Source of the DNA: Octopus vulgaris
Taxonomy: Eukaryota
Assembly: GCA_951406725.2 (NCBI GenBank)
Contig: OX597817.1
Coordinates: 155,248,001-155,312,000 of the forward strand
DNA: 64,000 nt
Reading direction: 5' to 3'
A program made the position numbers and the translations under genes. The notes beneath the pieces are model-generated. The model searched no databases. It had not been told where the DNA came from and saw only the letters and a list, made by a program, of their open reading frames with translations. Positions 63,238-64,000 of this stretch are shown piece after piece. Each line of letters begins with the position of its first letter. Position 1 is the stretch's first letter.

Positions 63238-63445
63238 ATGTGCGTTTGTCCCACACACCTGGTACATAAATGGCGTAGGTTTGCTTATATTCCTGTAATT
63301 TAGTGGCTCAGCATAAGAGACTGATAAAATAAATAAGTACCAGGCTAAAAAAAATTAAGTATTGGGTTGATTCAGTTAACTAAACCAGTTCAAGGCGGTG
63401 CTCTAGTATGGCCACAGTCCAATGAATGAAACAAGTAAAAAAATA
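62867..63445 (+). mobile_element. Family A SINE interrupted by another SINE fragment
   Basis: Head 62867-63015, tail aaggcggtgctctagtatggccacagtccaatg at ~63390-63440. Confidence 0.7.
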
Positions 63446-63639
63446 GAAGATAATGCAAAGGACATAGATTGCTGCTACAGCAAGCTCTAACCACGTATGG
63501 TCCCTACTGGTACATTCAATACAAATAACCACATATATCTACAAAACCCCAGAGAATACTACAACACAATTCCAAAACACTATGCGGTCAATTGACTCCA
63601 GACACACAAATACATGTACACAACACTGATACTCTAAAT

Positions 63640-63846
63640 CAGTGGTTTTCAACCAGGGTTCCGCGGAACCTTAGGGTTCTGCCAGTACTGTCCAGGGGTT
63701 CCGCAAGAAGTTACAAAACTGCTAAAATCGGCAGTAATTTTTAATTCTCCTGTGCATAAGACTATTAAATTATTGCACAGGGTTTCCTCGAGCCAGTGGA
63801 ATGTTTCCTTGGGGTTCCGCTCCTGCAAAAAGGTTGAAAAGCACTG
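63640..63846. mobile_element. hAT (Charlie-like) MITE
   Basis: TIR cagtggttttcaacc / ggttgaaaagcactg; 8-bp TSD CTCTAAAT (63632-63639, 63847-63854). Confidence 0.92.
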
Positions 63847-64000
63847 CTCTAAATACTGGGCTGGATATAACCCCAAAGGTATTTATCTTTTAATTGTTTC
63901 AGTGAGTGAACTGTGTCCATGCTGGAGCACTTATATGATTCATTCATTACTTAACAGCTAAAACTTCTTGGCACCTCTTCACCAAAGAACATAGACTCCT

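Overview
Eukaryotic, AT-rich, microsatellite-saturated DNA with no prokaryotic features. The SINE repertoire and repeat style suggest an octopod cephalopod (inference). Most of the window looks intronic or intergenic, and almost all ORFs in the supplied track are artefacts of simple repeats and SINEs. I can support one host coding exon, missed by the ORF track: a minus-strand first coding exon of the tRNA-dihydrouridine synthase DUS4L (CDS 24036-24187, ending KKPLELFAERKFVRICAPMVRYSK), with a decayed duplicate about 0.9 kb downstream and no further DUS4L exon recognisable. Mobile elements dominate: a 5'-truncated CR1-group LINE with an intact 1035-codon EN-RT ORF; an integrase-only Gypsy/Mag element with both LTRs, PBS, PPT and TSD; mariner, maT and pogo/Passer relics; non-autonomous Helitrons; piggyBac- and hAT-type MITEs; RTE relics; and at least four SINE families. 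Best leads: (1) back-to-back minimal hammerhead ribozymes at 60.5 kb; (2) the dominant SINE shares its 3' tail with the intact LINE, with compensatory changes in a hairpin; (3) a candidate -1 frameshift site joining LINE ORF1 to ORF2; (4) a duplicated 25-codon ORF with mostly synonymous divergence; (5) recurrent fold-back palindromes. All comparisons were made by eye, and repeat boundaries without a TSD or TIR are approximate.
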